Source: Candidatus Poribacteria bacterium
GTDB taxonomy: Bacteria; Poribacteria; WGA-4E; UBA9662
Assembly: GCA_046582655.1 (NCBI GenBank)
Contig: JAYGDX010000177.1
Coordinates: 1-35,958 of the forward strand
Direction: 5' to 3'
Length of the DNA stretch: 35,958 bases
Shown: positions 16,098 to 26,696 of the stretch, piece after piece
How the letters are laid out: each line of letters opens with the position of its first letter
Numbering within the stretch: the stretch's first letter is position 1
Notes under the pieces: generated by a model
What the model saw: the letters and a program-made list of their open reading frames with translations, nothing else
Told to the model about the DNA's origin: nothing
Databases searched by the model: none
Program-made: the position numbers and the translations under genes

Positions 16098-18806
16098 TTA
16101 GGTTCCTCCAATTTTCTTTTGTAAAATGAAATATTTCTGATCCTCACGAACCAGCTGATCAAAAAACTCTTTTGCCACTGGATAATCATTTGGCAAAATC
16201 ACAGGATTTTTAACTACTAAACTCAACTGGGCATAAATCATGTTGTCTTCATAACTGTATTTACTGCCGAAACTGGCAAAACAATAATTCTCACTAACTT
16301 CCGATGGAAGTATCGCATCCCAACCCTCAGGAATCCAAATTTCGGTTGATCTAACCACTTTTATCGGGTGACTCAGGTCCAGCGAATATTGGCGCTCAGG
16401 TAGCGCAAAGATCTCAGCATAATTCTCAAAATCACCACCAGGAAACAAAAACAAAAATTGATCATTAGCCACTGGCATCATGTTTCGATCAACATGAAAT
16501 TTAATTCTAAACCACGTTGGTACACTTAAGTTTTGTAGATCTGACATATGGACTTGATCAACCTGTAAACTTGGAAACCGCCCATTCAATTCAGCCGCAA
16601 AAGTCTGCTTGATATTGATCGGGTTAATCTGCTTGTAGGTAAACCGATAATCAATATCGTATTGTCCAGTTGGTAGAATCTCCATTTCACCACGAACTAA
16701 ACCATCTGAGTTAATTACAATCTTTATATTAACAATCAATTGATTAAATTCCGGTAGCGCTATAGGGGTTTCAAGAAACTCAGCCGTCTCTTCTTTTACT
16801 ACCAGAACCCTACGTCCCTGATCGCTTACTGGCAGAGTCCCAAAAGGACAGGTTTCAGACGTAGGATCCAACCACATAATTTCGTCATCCTGCTGGGGAA
16901 TCATTGTAATTAGATGACTGAATTGACCAGTCGATGGTATATCTAGATCAATCCGTTCAAAAGGTGACGGATTGATTAAAACTGGAAACGCCTCCACACC
17001 AATCTGATTGAGCATTGATATCATCAAAGTCGTTTTGTCCTTACAATCACCATAACGTCTATATAATACTTGGCTAGCTAAAGAAGGTTGATATGCACCT
17101 TTTCCTAACTCGATTCCAACATATCGAATTTTGCCTGTGACAAAATTGTAGATGGCTCGAATTTTCTTGTGCTGTTTTTCTGGATCAGAGGTTAAATTAT
17201 TGACTATCCGCTCAATTTTTGGATCGAAATCGTATCGATCTTTAGCTAACTCCCGATACCAATTCGAAACTTCATCCCACGATTCAAAGGACGAAAAACT
17301 GAATCGTGGTACGACCTCATTGATGTTAGGCATTCCAACTTCTTCACGGATTGCCGGAGTTTCGCCATAGTGCCAGAGGTAAGTTACAATCTCATTATCC
17401 AACACAATCTGCGGTTCGATCATGCAATTCACCGCCTTCCACCGGAAACCTCGATCCCTCGGCAACCGAAGTGCATAGTTCGTCTGCAACGTTGGATTAG
17501 TTGACTGAAAATGAAATCCTCCCCAGAAACGGTTTTCGCCACCGGAGGCTACTGCATCTTCAATTGAAATCTGATATTCAATTGTGCAACCCAGTTCAAG
17601 TGCTGACATCGAAATCACGTGCCACACAGTATCAGAATACAAATTATACTCAAGCAGTCCTGGAGGTGTTACCCTGTTAAACACCTCCGACTGATGCATC
17701 GATCCATCAGACAAAACAGTACGAGCTTGATTAACGGTGAGGTACTGAACATCCGGATTATATGGAATAGCGATGTCATCGTATTGCTTAATACCACGAT
17801 ACGTTAACAGTTTAATTATCTGATGTGTGGTATAACGAGTTTGACCATTAGTCAAAATTTCATGAGAAAACTGATTAAGCAAGATAACAGCATCCGCATT
17901 CGGATATATGGTTTCCACCAGATATCCATCTTCGATGATTTTCTCTTCATCGATCTCAATGATATCGACAGGACTTACCTTAACAACATTTGGTATAGAC
18001 ATCTGGTTCAAGGCTCGCAAACGATCTTTGGCAAACAGGTTTTCCGAATCTATCTCCAATATTTTGCTGTATTGGATTTGTGCTTCAAAATGCCGACCTT
18101 TATCCTCAAAAATAGCACCCAGTTGTTGTCGAGCCCAAACATCGTCATGGAAAAGCCGAAGAGACTCTCGAAACTCCGCAATGGCTTCACCGATATCTCC
18201 ACGCTCTTGAAAGATAAGTGCCAGATAGTTATGCAAATTCTTGCTTTCGGTTCTTTGACATACTGGATCAATGGCTAAGGCTTTCCGCAATATCACCTCA
18301 GCATCATCAAGTCTACCCGTCTGCTTGTATGCTAAACCAAGATGGTTTAATGCATACAAATCACGCGAATTAATTCGTAACGAATTTTCAAATTGCTCCA
18401 TAGCTGCTGCATAATTTCCAAGCTTTTCGTGAATGTAACCAAGGTAATTTCGCGCATTTCGATCCTTAGGTTCCAACGCTATATACTTGGAAAAGGCATC
18501 TCGTGCTTTCTCGTAGTCCTGAGTCTGAAGATATATTTTTGCTATCTCAATGTGGGGATGACTCTGCTTCGGCTTTATCAACAAAGCATTCTGAAAAGCT
18601 TCAAGTGCTAGCGGAAAATTTCGATCCAGTAACGCCTGATCAGCTAAGCTAATTTGTTCTTTCCATTGTCGATTCCGCAATATAAATGGATCAACAGTCT
18701 CCTGTCTTCGCAGCAGATGTCCCCTGCGAATCACTGAACACCCGTTCAGTACAATAAAAAACAGAAAAAATAAGATCAATTTGCGCTTGAAATAGTGCAT
18801 AAACAT
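16098..18806 (-). CDS. Lipoprotein with TPR repeats and DUF3857 / transglutaminase-like / DUF3858 domains
   Basis: Lipobox LNGC and multiple TPRs; YPNADAVILL, IRYVGIELG, GDCKDK (catalytic Cys), FSH, WLDPT. Confidence 0.88.
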   Translation of the reverse strand: MFMHYFKRKLILFFLFFIVLNGCSVIRRGHLLRRQETVDPFILRNRQWKEQISLADQALLDRNFPLALEAFQNALLIKPKQSHPHIEIAKIYLQTQDYEKARDAFSKYIALEPKDRNARNYLGYIHEKLGNYAAAMEQFENSLRINSRDLYALNHLGLAYKQTGRLDDAEVILRKALAIDPVCQRTESKNLHNYLALIFQERGDIGEAIAEFRESLRLFHDDVWARQQLGAIFEDKGRHFEAQIQYSKILEIDSENLFAKDRLRALNQMSIPNVVKVSPVDIIEIDEEKIIEDGYLVETIYPNADAVILLNQFSHEILTNGQTRYTTHQIIKLLTYRGIKQYDDIAIPYNPDVQYLTVNQARTVLSDGSMHQSEVFNRVTPPGLLEYNLYSDTVWHVISMSALELGCTIEYQISIEDAVASGGENRFWGGFHFQSTNPTLQTNYALRLPRDRGFRWKAVNCMIEPQIVLDNEIVTYLWHYGETPAIREEVGMPNINEVVPRFSFSSFESWDEVSNWYRELAKDRYDFDPKIERIVNNLTSDPEKQHKKIRAIYNFVTGKIRYVGIELGKGAYQPSLASQVLYRRYGDCKDKTTLMISMLNQIGVEAFPVLINPSPFERIDLDIPSTGQFSHLITMIPQQDDEIMWLDPTSETCPFGTLPVSDQGRRVLVVKEETAEFLETPIALPEFNQLIVNIKIVINSDGLVRGEMEILPTGQYDIDYRFTYKQINPINIKQTFAAELNGRFPSLQVDQVHMSDLQNLSVPTWFRIKFHVDRNMMPVANDQFLFLFPGGDFENYAEIFALPERQYSLDLSHPIKVVRSTEIWIPEGWDAILPSEVSENYCFASFGSKYSYEDNMIYAQLSLVVKNPVILPNDYPVAKEFFDQLVREDQKYFILQKKIGGT

Positions 18807-18971
18807 AGTTGGCCGAAATTGGAGAGAAGGAGTTGAAATAAAAATGCCAGTTATCGTCGATTGCTGAGCCGAACATTATATTCAAAATTCATCTCTCAAC
18901 AATCTAACGATATCATCAGTGTAACAAATTTGTACTCCAGACTGCAAACAGAAGCTGATAGTACAGGAACA

Positions 18972-19001
18972 TTGACAGCAGAACTAAAGATTTGATAAAA
19001 T
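18972..19001 (+). promoter_or_regulatory. Putative sigma70 promoter of leuCD-pth
   Basis: TTGACA-18-TAAAAT with extended TG. Confidence 0.6.
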
Positions 19002-19047
19002 AAATATGTTTGAGAAAGCGCCACTATAAACTCTAGGAAATATTAAA

Positions 19048-20454
19048 ATGTCCCCCAAGACAATGTTTAAAAAAATCTGGGATAACCACGTTGTCCGGGA
19101 ATCGGAAAGCGAAGCTACGGTTTTGTATATTGACATACATTTAGTCCATGAGGTTACCTCCCCTCAGGCTTTCGAAGGGCTTCGTCTGGCAAACCGAAAA
19201 GCACGTCGACCAGACCAAACGTTCGCCACCATGGATCACAACGTTCCAACAACAGACCGGTCGTTACCAATCACTGATTTGATATCAAAAAAGCAGATGG
19301 AAACGTTGACAAAAAATTGCGAGGAATTTGGGATTAGGCTTTATGATCTTCACCATTCAAATCAGGGAATCGTCCACGTCCTTGGCCCAGAACTGGGGAT
19401 CACACAGCCCGGCATGACAATTGTCTGTGGTGACAGTCATACGTCGACACATGGTGCATTTGGCGCGCTTGCATTTGGCATCGGCACCAGCGAAATTGAG
19501 CACGTTCTAGCCACGCAATGTTCGCTTCAACACCAGCCTGAAACCTTTGAAATCCGTATAGATGGACAACTTCAATTTGGTGTAACGGCTAAAGATATTA
19601 TTCTATCAATTATCGGCAAGATCGATATAGACGGTGGTACCGGGACAGTAGTCGAATATACTGGCTCAGCTATAAAGTCACTGGGTATTGAAGAACGGAT
19701 GACAATCTGCAACATGTCGATTGAAGCTGGTGCCCGTGCGGGCATGATCGCTCCCGATGATAAAACCTACGAGTATATCGCCGGTCGTGAATTTGCTCCG
19801 AAAGACGAGGACTTTGATAACGCTGTCGCCAACTGGAAAAAATTACCGACTGATTCAGACGCAACATATGATCATTCAATCACGATATCAGCTACAGACC
19901 TAGCGCCGCAGGTCACTTGGGGGACAAATCCTGGCATGGTTATTAATGTTACAGAAACCATACCTGATCCAGACAAGATGCCGATCCAGAGTCAGAAAAA
20001 AGCTGCTGAAAACGCACTGGCATACATGGATCTCAAGCCGAACACTCCAATTACACAGATTGCGATTGACAAGGTTTTTATCGGCAGTTGTACGAACTCA
20101 CGCATCACGGATCTTCGAGCAGCTGCAGAAATTGCGAAAGATCGGAAAGTATCTTCGAACGTCAATGCGATCGTCGTGCCAGGCTCGCAAGCCGTCAAGC
20201 GTCAAGCGGAAACCGAGGGACTAGATGAAATTTTTCGAACAGCGGGGTTTGAATGGCGAGAGGCCGGCTGCAGCATGTGCTTAGCCATGAATGATGACGT
20301 TCTTCAACCCGGTGAACGATGTGCTAGTACATCCAACCGAAATTTTGAAGGCAGGCAAGGTAAAGATGGCCGAACCCACTTGGTAAGCCCACAAATGGCT
20401 GCTGCAGCCGCTATTGAAGGGAAATTCGTCGATATCCGTACCTGGGGAAACTAA
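19048..20454 (+). CDS. leuC: 3-isopropylmalate dehydratase large subunit
   Basis: [48 protein letters not shown]. Confidence 0.98.
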   Translation: MSPKTMFKKIWDNHVVRESESEATVLYIDIHLVHEVTSPQAFEGLRLANRKARRPDQTFATMDHNVPTTDRSLPITDLISKKQMETLTKNCEEFGIRLYDLHHSNQGIVHVLGPELGITQPGMTIVCGDSHTSTHGAFGALAFGIGTSEIEHVLATQCSLQHQPETFEIRIDGQLQFGVTAKDIILSIIGKIDIDGGTGTVVEYTGSAIKSLGIEERMTICNMSIEAGARAGMIAPDDKTYEYIAGREFAPKDEDFDNAVANWKKLPTDSDATYDHSITISATDLAPQVTWGTNPGMVINVTETIPDPDKMPIQSQKKAAENALAYMDLKPNTPITQIAIDKVFIGSCTNSRITDLRAAAEIAKDRKVSSNVNAIVVPGSQAVKRQAETEGLDEIFRTAGFEWREAGCSMCLAMNDDVLQPGERCASTSNRNFEGRQGKDGRTHLVSPQMAAAAAIEGKFVDIRTWGN

Positions 20455-20466
20455 GGAGTTAATTAA

Positions 20467-21057
20467 ATGGAACCATTCCTAGAACATACCGGCCTTTGTG
20501 TGCCATTAGATCGAATTAACATCGATACAGATCAAATTATTCCCAAGCAATTTCTGAAACGGATCGAACGGACAGGGTTTGGAGAATTTCTGTTTTATGA
20601 TTGGCGGTACTTTGATGATGGCAGCACTAACCCAGATTTTATACTCAATCACAACCAATATAAAGATGGAACTGTACTAATCACCGGCACAAATTTTGGA
20701 TGTGGAAGCTCGCGAGAACATGCTCCTTGGGCTTTACGTGACTATGGCTTCCGTGTAATTATCGCCCCCTCATTTGCAGACATCTTTAAAAACAATTGTT
20801 GCAAAAATGGAATCCTGCCGGTGATTCTATCAACCGAAGCCGTGGAAGAATTGATGTTGACGGTAGCATCTGAAGATAATTATCGACTTAAAATTAACCT
20901 TGACGCACAATTAGTAATCCAGCCAGATACTGTTTCCCATTCTTTTGAGATTGATGATTTTCAGAAGGACTGTATGCTGAAAGGTATTGATGAAATCGGT
21001 TGGACCCTACAATTTGAATCGCAGATTGCTGATTATGAGGCACAATCTGGAATCTGA
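20467..21057 (+). CDS. leuD: 3-isopropylmalate dehydratase small subunit
   Basis: NIDTDQIIPKQFL, NFGCGSSREHAPWAL, SFADIF. Confidence 0.98.
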   Translation: MEPFLEHTGLCVPLDRINIDTDQIIPKQFLKRIERTGFGEFLFYDWRYFDDGSTNPDFILNHNQYKDGTVLITGTNFGCGSSREHAPWALRDYGFRVIIAPSFADIFKNNCCKNGILPVILSTEAVEELMLTVASEDNYRLKINLDAQLVIQPDTVSHSFEIDDFQKDCMLKGIDEIGWTLQFESQIADYEAQSGI

Positions 21058-21642
21058 ATGAGTAAGCTAATTGTGGGACTCGGGAATCCGGGATCACAAT
21101 ACGAAAACACCCGCCACAACGTCGGTTTTTGTGTTATAGATCAACTTCTTGCCCAACGGAATTTGGCCCAGTTTAAAAATGTATGTCAATCACTTGTTGC
21201 CGAACAACCCGATCCAAAAAAAGCAGACCACAAACTGATCTTTGCCAAGCCGATGACCTATATGAATCACAGTGGTGTTGCTGTATCCATGCTGGTTGAA
21301 AAATATGGGATTGATCTTGAAAAGTTATGCGTGCTTTATGACGACCTGAATCTGGATTTAGGGGTATTGCGATGCCGTAGATCAGGAACTCACGGTGGAC
21401 AGAAAGGCATGCAATCCATTATCAAACATCTGGATAGCGACGCATTCTCGCGAATCCGCATTGGGATTGGAAAACCAAGTGGTGAATTCACCGACCATGT
21501 CTTGGCCAAATTTTCAGATCAAGAAATCGATGAAATCAAGTCTGCAATATCACAGGCAGCAGAAGCGGTGGAAATCTTCATTACAGATGGTATTGATGTC
21601 ACAATGAATCAATTCAACGGTAAGACCAATCCCGCTGACTAA
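21058..21642 (+). CDS. pth: Peptidyl-tRNA hydrolase
   Basis: LIVGLGNPG, TRHNVGF, KPMTYMN, DDL, RIRIGIG. Confidence 0.95.
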   Translation: MSKLIVGLGNPGSQYENTRHNVGFCVIDQLLAQRNLAQFKNVCQSLVAEQPDPKKADHKLIFAKPMTYMNHSGVAVSMLVEKYGIDLEKLCVLYDDLNLDLGVLRCRRSGTHGGQKGMQSIIKHLDSDAFSRIRIGIGKPSGEFTDHVLAKFSDQEIDEIKSAISQAAEAVEIFITDGIDVTMNQFNGKTNPAD

Positions 21643-21728
21643 TCCCTGCCAAAAAAAACAGGCCATGTAAGATCAACCACAAAGCCTGCATTTCTGTTCA
21701 AATTAATGCGGTTATTTTAAAATCCAGA

Positions 21729-23021
21729 TTAAAAACTGACTTCCATTGAACCAACCAGCCAATCCGCTTCTAAATCACCATACCAGGCAACGTCCAAGTT
21801 CAAAAATTTAAATATCCTGAGGCCTGTTCCGACAGTCGGGAAACCTTGATTGTTTCCTGCTCTTAATGCAACTTCGACCAGTTGCCCAGGCAACAATCGC
21901 ACTTCAGCTCCCAGATGGATGTGATCGGTATACTGATCGAGGGCAAAACCACCCAGATTATCATCACCGTTAGGATCATCCCAAGAAGCAGCGAGCGTTA
22001 GATCCAGTAAGTTATTGTCAACATTTAGCAGACTAAAAGGTTTAGCCGCAACTGCCATAGTGAAGTTAGGAGGAAAAGACTGATCAGATATGCCACTCAC
22101 CAGATTTCTGAACGTAAGCCCAAGATTCAACCCATCCATAAGTGTCAATAATGAACCGAGATCAACACTGTAACCAGTCGATGTCTCAAAATTATCGCGT
22201 GCGTAACCGCTAAATCCTTCATCACCCACATTGAAGTAATTCTTTTTAAACTCATCTGGGTTCAACACATCGGCAATCATAAACGGGTTGTCTTCGTCAG
22301 TAAAAATACTGCGACGAATTAACCTTAGTCCGGCACCGATTTTTATCGACTTCAGAAAAGATGCATTCAAATCATGGTTATATGATACAGCAGTCGCCAA
22401 TGATCCTTGAAATGCGACACGATAGATCACCTGATTATCAAACATTTCCATTACAGGGTCAGGCCATGGTAAACCACGCTTAACGATACGAAAGCTTGTA
22501 TTTGTCTGAGTCATCGGTATAAAGGATACACCTAAAGCTAACTTTCTATCGGCCATTGGTAAAACTAAACCAAACGCAGGCAGATCCAAACCGAAACCGA
22601 TACGTCTTTTCAGAATTTCTTCAGCCCTTGTAACGAGAGCTTCTCTCTGCGCTGAAAGGGTTGGATCCATTAACGGGTTATTCGAGTCTGTCAACGGCAC
22701 TATCGTTTCGTTGACAAAATCCTGCATTGTTGAAGCTTCTTCAACAACATCAGAAGTAAAACGTCCCCGTACAGCCATTAGTTGAAAAATCGTTTCACCA
22801 ATGTTGGTCAAACCAGCTGGGTTATAATGCACAGCGTAAATATCATCGGCGATCGCTTCATAGGCGTTCCCCAATGCAGAAGCGCGCGCGCTTCTGAAAA
22901 GGTAAAGCGGTTTTTGATCTTCTTCTGCATTTACGTCGGTATATAACAAGCTGCCAGCAATAATCAACAATATGAACATAGCAACTATTTTCACAACATC
23001 ACCGGTATCATTCAATCTCAT
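21729..23021 (-). CDS. Outer-membrane beta-barrel, FadL/PorV/TraF-like
   Basis: Signal peptide, SARASALGNAY..IADD..A..YNPAGL hatch motif, HLGAE..LRAG, C-terminal Phe. Confidence 0.75.
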   Translation of the reverse strand: MRLNDTGDVVKIVAMFILLIIAGSLLYTDVNAEEDQKPLYLFRSARASALGNAYEAIADDIYAVHYNPAGLTNIGETIFQLMAVRGRFTSDVVEEASTMQDFVNETIVPLTDSNNPLMDPTLSAQREALVTRAEEILKRRIGFGLDLPAFGLVLPMADRKLALGVSFIPMTQTNTSFRIVKRGLPWPDPVMEMFDNQVIYRVAFQGSLATAVSYNHDLNASFLKSIKIGAGLRLIRRSIFTDEDNPFMIADVLNPDEFKKNYFNVGDEGFSGYARDNFETSTGYSVDLGSLLTLMDGLNLGLTFRNLVSGISDQSFPPNFTMAVAAKPFSLLNVDNNLLDLTLAASWDDPNGDDNLGGFALDQYTDHIHLGAEVRLLPGQLVEVALRAGNNQGFPTVGTGLRIFKFLNLDVAWYGDLEADWLVGSMEVSF

Positions 23022-23030
23022 TTCACCCCC

Positions 23031-23939
23031 CTAACCGCTAATTTGCTTCTTAGCTTCATCTGAAACTAAATTTTTGATCTTATTCATTACATCATCGTAG
23101 TTTTCGATCTTAAACCCCCATTCCGTTACCTGATCAATTACACCCTTTGAAAGTGCATCAGCAATAACGTCATTAAAATCAATCATGGCAACACCTAGAT
23201 CCGGAGCTATCTTTTCAGCCAAACTTAACATCTCATCCAAATGATAAATAGCATTCTGCCAATCCATACGTTTAATTGTTCGCACCATGCCTGGTAAGTT
23301 ACTCACTTCCACTTTGGCACCAGTTAGTATAAAAAGTGAATCGACAATCGCTTGGCGCTGTGCTTCGCTGAGGTCACGGATAAACTCCCCAGGTTTTGCC
23401 TGATCCAGTTTGGCCTGTCCTGACTCAGTCAACTTAAATGCATATCCGGCATCTTGTGAGTATTCGATTTTATAGATATCTTCCCCAGTAACCGAAAGGG
23501 ATCTAACTGCCTCAAGCACATTCAGGTACGATAAATGCAAGTTTACAAGAAGGAGATCCGCATCAGATAGAATCGGCTGAATATCCTTGGCAGGGTTCAA
23601 TGGTGCACCAGGCACACTTCCAGATTCGCCAACGACTTCCAAGATTTTGTACATTTCATCAGTCGCGGTTTGCATGTGACCAACCTGCTGGTCATTCAAA
23701 CTAGTTAACTTCTCCGGTGTCGGTAGAATCGAAGACAGCTCGGCAAGGTCACCCAAATCATTGAATTCAATGTCAATTCCGGCGGCTTTCATCGCTTCCT
23801 GAGCCAGATTGAGAGCTTCAGCTGCTAGGGCTTCAGGTGATTCAGGGTCTGGCTCCTCATACCAATCCGGTCGATCTGCACAACCCAAGGTAAGACCGAT
23901 TGCAACAACAACTACGATCCTAAAAACATAATTTTTCAT
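23031..23939 (-). CDS. Hypothetical helical lipoprotein
   Basis: Start placed at ATG 23939 after AGGAGA (ORF track start 23960); lipobox TLGC; acidic and helical. Confidence 0.7.
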   Translation of the reverse strand: MKNYVFRIVVVVAIGLTLGCADRPDWYEEPDPESPEALAAEALNLAQEAMKAAGIDIEFNDLGDLAELSSILPTPEKLTSLNDQQVGHMQTATDEMYKILEVVGESGSVPGAPLNPAKDIQPILSDADLLLVNLHLSYLNVLEAVRSLSVTGEDIYKIEYSQDAGYAFKLTESGQAKLDQAKPGEFIRDLSEAQRQAIVDSLFILTGAKVEVSNLPGMVRTIKRMDWQNAIYHLDEMLSLAEKIAPDLGVAMIDFNDVIADALSKGVIDQVTEWGFKIENYDDVMNKIKNLVSDEAKKQISG

Positions 23940-23959
23940 GACAGTTGAATCTCCTAACA

Positions 23960-24976
23960 TTACTTTAGATAATGAATGGGATCAATAGCTTCCCCATTCT
24001 TCCAAATTTCAAAATGTAGATGTGTACCGTTTGAACGCCCTGTATTCCCGACAAGAGCGACAGTCTGTCCTTGATGAACCCTATCCCCCTTTTTGACCTT
24101 TAAACGAGAATTATGGGCGTAACGCGTTTCAAAACCATTTTGGTGATCAATAACTACCAGATTTCCATAATTTCCCATTTGACCGCTGTAGGTCACAAAA
24201 CCGCCGACTGCCGCTTTGACGTTAGAACCATATCTTGAACTGATATCAATTCCTTTGTGCATTCGCCTTTTTTTTAAGATCGGGTGGATACGGTATCCAA
24301 ATCCACTTGTTAACCGCCCAGAGACAGGCATTAAAAATTTCGGCTTGTAAGGCGGTGGAATTAATTTCTTGCGGAAAGATTCATTTAGCTTAGCACCCGG
24401 AATAAAGAGTTCTGTGCCAGCGTATATTGTATCCGGATCAAGCATACCGTTAGACTCAATAATTTTTTTAATGCTTGCCTGATAACGGATGGCTATTTCT
24501 TCCAAAGACTCGTCCTTGACTACCTTGTGGAGAATTCCACGCTGATTTGGAACTTTGATTGATTGACCAGGTCGAATTAAATTTCCATTTCTCAGCTTAT
24601 TAACACTTAACAAAGTAAACGCATCAAGACCATTATCCTGTGCGATTTTCCACAGATTTTCATTCCTTCTGACCAGATAAGTCTCTATAGAAAGGGTTGG
24701 TTTCTTAATAGGAATATCAAATTTTGCGGAATTAAATTCGGTAAATTCTTCTCCCCGCTCCTTTAGAATCGAACCTTCGATTAAGTTCTGGGTAGATGTG
24801 ACCTCACTTACATCAGAGTTAATTGATTCAGCTAGAATCTCTCTAAAGCTAAGTGGAGTTTCATCCGGTAACAGTTCCTCAGCAATTGCAGAGACATCCC
24901 TTAATTTGCTAAATAAGATAAAACTTAATACCAGTATTATAGACATCCACACAATGAGCTGTCGACCTACAGGCAT
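23960..24976 (-). CDS. LysM-domain M23 family peptidoglycan endopeptidase
   Basis: N-terminal TM segment, two LysM repeats, HKGID, YAH and HLHFE zinc motifs. Confidence 0.93.
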   Translation of the reverse strand: MPVGRQLIVWMSIILVLSFILFSKLRDVSAIAEELLPDETPLSFREILAESINSDVSEVTSTQNLIEGSILKERGEEFTEFNSAKFDIPIKKPTLSIETYLVRRNENLWKIAQDNGLDAFTLLSVNKLRNGNLIRPGQSIKVPNQRGILHKVVKDESLEEIAIRYQASIKKIIESNGMLDPDTIYAGTELFIPGAKLNESFRKKLIPPPYKPKFLMPVSGRLTSGFGYRIHPILKKRRMHKGIDISSRYGSNVKAAVGGFVTYSGQMGNYGNLVVIDHQNGFETRYAHNSRLKVKKGDRVHQGQTVALVGNTGRSNGTHLHFEIWKNGEAIDPIHYLK

Positions 24977-25074
24977 ACAATTCCCCTTCGGATATTAATT
25001 GTTTCCAGAAGGAAAACGAACTGAGTATAAATTTCGTTACGCAAAAATTCTTGAAGAAAGAAATCAATAGGCAT

Positions 25075-25116
25075 AAAAAGAGCCGCCTATTAGTCCTAAA
25101 TTCTCAAGGCAGCGCT
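25075..25116 (-). terminator. Putative intrinsic terminator after ilvC
   Basis: Minus strand GCTGCCT...AGGCGGC followed by TCTTTTT; long loop. Confidence 0.45.
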
Positions 25117-25142
25117 TCAATGGCTTATAGTTTTGTTATTGT

Positions 25143-26138
25143 CTAGTTTTCTTCAATCCAACTCATCATGCTACGCAGATCTTTTCCCACCTTTTCAATA
25201 TCGTGCTCTGCTTCATTTCGACGAAGAGATTGTAATACTGTTTGATTGGCCTGATTTTCCAGCACCCATTCACGGGCGAACTTGCCACTCTGTACATCTT
25301 CTAAAATCGATTTCATTTTTGCCTTAACATGCTCATCGATTACAATTGGGCCGCGTGTTAGATCACCATACTCAGCCGTATTGCTAATCGAATGACGCAT
25401 CCAAGAAAGTCCCCCTTCGTAAATGAGATCAACAATTAGTTTCAATTCGTGTAAACATTCAAAGTATGCCATTTCCGGCTGATATCCCGCTTCAACAAGC
25501 GTTTCAAAGGCCGCTTTTATCAGCGCTGTAGTTCCTCCGCAGAGAACCGCTTGTTCTCCAAAAAGATCTGTCTCGGTCTCTTCACGAAAAGTTGTTTCAA
25601 TGACTCCTGCACGCGCTCCACCAATACCCTTAGCATAAGCAAGGGCTAGATCTTTTGCTTGACCAGTCACATCCTGATGAATCGCGAGGAGGCAAGGTGT
25701 GCCAGCTCCTTCTGTAAAAACACGCCTAACAAGGTGTCCAGGCGCTTTAGGTGCAATCATTGCAACATCAATATTCTGTAACGGCACAATTTGACCGAAA
25801 TGGATGCTGAAACCATGAGAAAACATTATCATGTTCCCATCTTCCAGATTCGGTTCAATCTGACTTGTATATACAGTCCCTTGTAGCTCATCCGGAATCA
25901 ATATCTGGATGATATCCCCCTCAGCGGCAGCATCTTCAACGCTTTTTACTGTTAAACCGTTTGATTCAGCTTCGGAAACCGATCGACTCGTTGGCCGAAG
26001 TCCCACGATTACATTGGCACCGCTGTCTTGCAAATTTAACACTTGTGCATGTCCCTGGCTCCCATAACCAATCACAGCAATTGTTCGCGTCTTGAGTAAA
26101 TCAAAATTTGCATCGCTATCATAATAAATCGTTGCCAT
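25143..26138 (-). CDS. ilvC: Ketol-acid reductoisomerase
   Basis: [40 protein letters not shown]. Confidence 0.98.
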   Translation of the reverse strand: MATIYYDSDANFDLLKTRTIAVIGYGSQGHAQVLNLQDSGANVIVGLRPTSRSVSEAESNGLTVKSVEDAAAEGDIIQILIPDELQGTVYTSQIEPNLEDGNMIMFSHGFSIHFGQIVPLQNIDVAMIAPKAPGHLVRRVFTEGAGTPCLLAIHQDVTGQAKDLALAYAKGIGGARAGVIETTFREETETDLFGEQAVLCGGTTALIKAAFETLVEAGYQPEMAYFECLHELKLIVDLIYEGGLSWMRHSISNTAEYGDLTRGPIVIDEHVKAKMKSILEDVQSGKFAREWVLENQANQTVLQSLRRNEAEHDIEKVGKDLRSMMSWIEEN

Positions 26139-26201
26139 CAGATCTCTCCTAAAGTGAATGTCTCCAAATCAAGAATTTAAATTAATGTTTAGTAATCTCT
26201 T

Positions 26202-26696
26202 TTACTGTTTCCCCGTACCGCGCATAATGGCGACTTTACCCGTACGTACAAGCTCACGAATACCATATGGTCTTAGCATATCGGTGATCGCACTTAATTT
26301 GCTTTCATCACCCGTGATTTCGATTGTTAACGACCCAGAAGCCACATCAATTGTCCGAGCGCGGAAGATATCGACGATTTGCAGTACCTCGCCCCGTTTG
26401 GACGTATCGACCGCTACCTTTACAAGAATCATCTCCCGTTCGACATGATTCTCTTTGGTCATGTCCTTAATTTTGATGACCTCAATCAGCCTATTCAATT
26501 GCTTCTCAATCTGTTCGATAATAGCCTCATTACCATGCGTAACAATCGTCATCTGGGATGTATTCGGATCCTCTGTCTCAGCAACTGAGAGACTGTCGAT
26601 ATTAAACCCTCGACCACTAAACAAGCCCGCCACTCTGGCCAGAACTCCGAACTTGTTTTCAACCGAGACAGAGAAAATGTGTCTTCCCTCAGCCAC
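26202..26696 (-). CDS. ilvN: Acetolactate synthase small subunit
   Basis: VENKFGVLARVAGLFSGRGFNIDSL ACT domain; ELVRTG. Confidence 0.97.
   Translation of the reverse strand: MAEGRHIFSVSVENKFGVLARVAGLFSGRGFNIDSLSVAETEDPNTSQMTIVTHGNEAIIEQIEKQLNRLIEVIKIKDMTKENHVEREMILVKVAVDTSKRGEVLQIVDIFRARTIDVASGSLTIEITGDESKLSAITDMLRPYGIRELVRTGKVAIMRGTGKQ

Noticed and set aside
21055..21060. leuD TGA immediately followed in frame by the pth ATG (possible Sec readthrough or fusion)
   Set aside because: Both proteins are complete, with no Cys-equivalent context and no clear hairpin; ordinary translational coupling.
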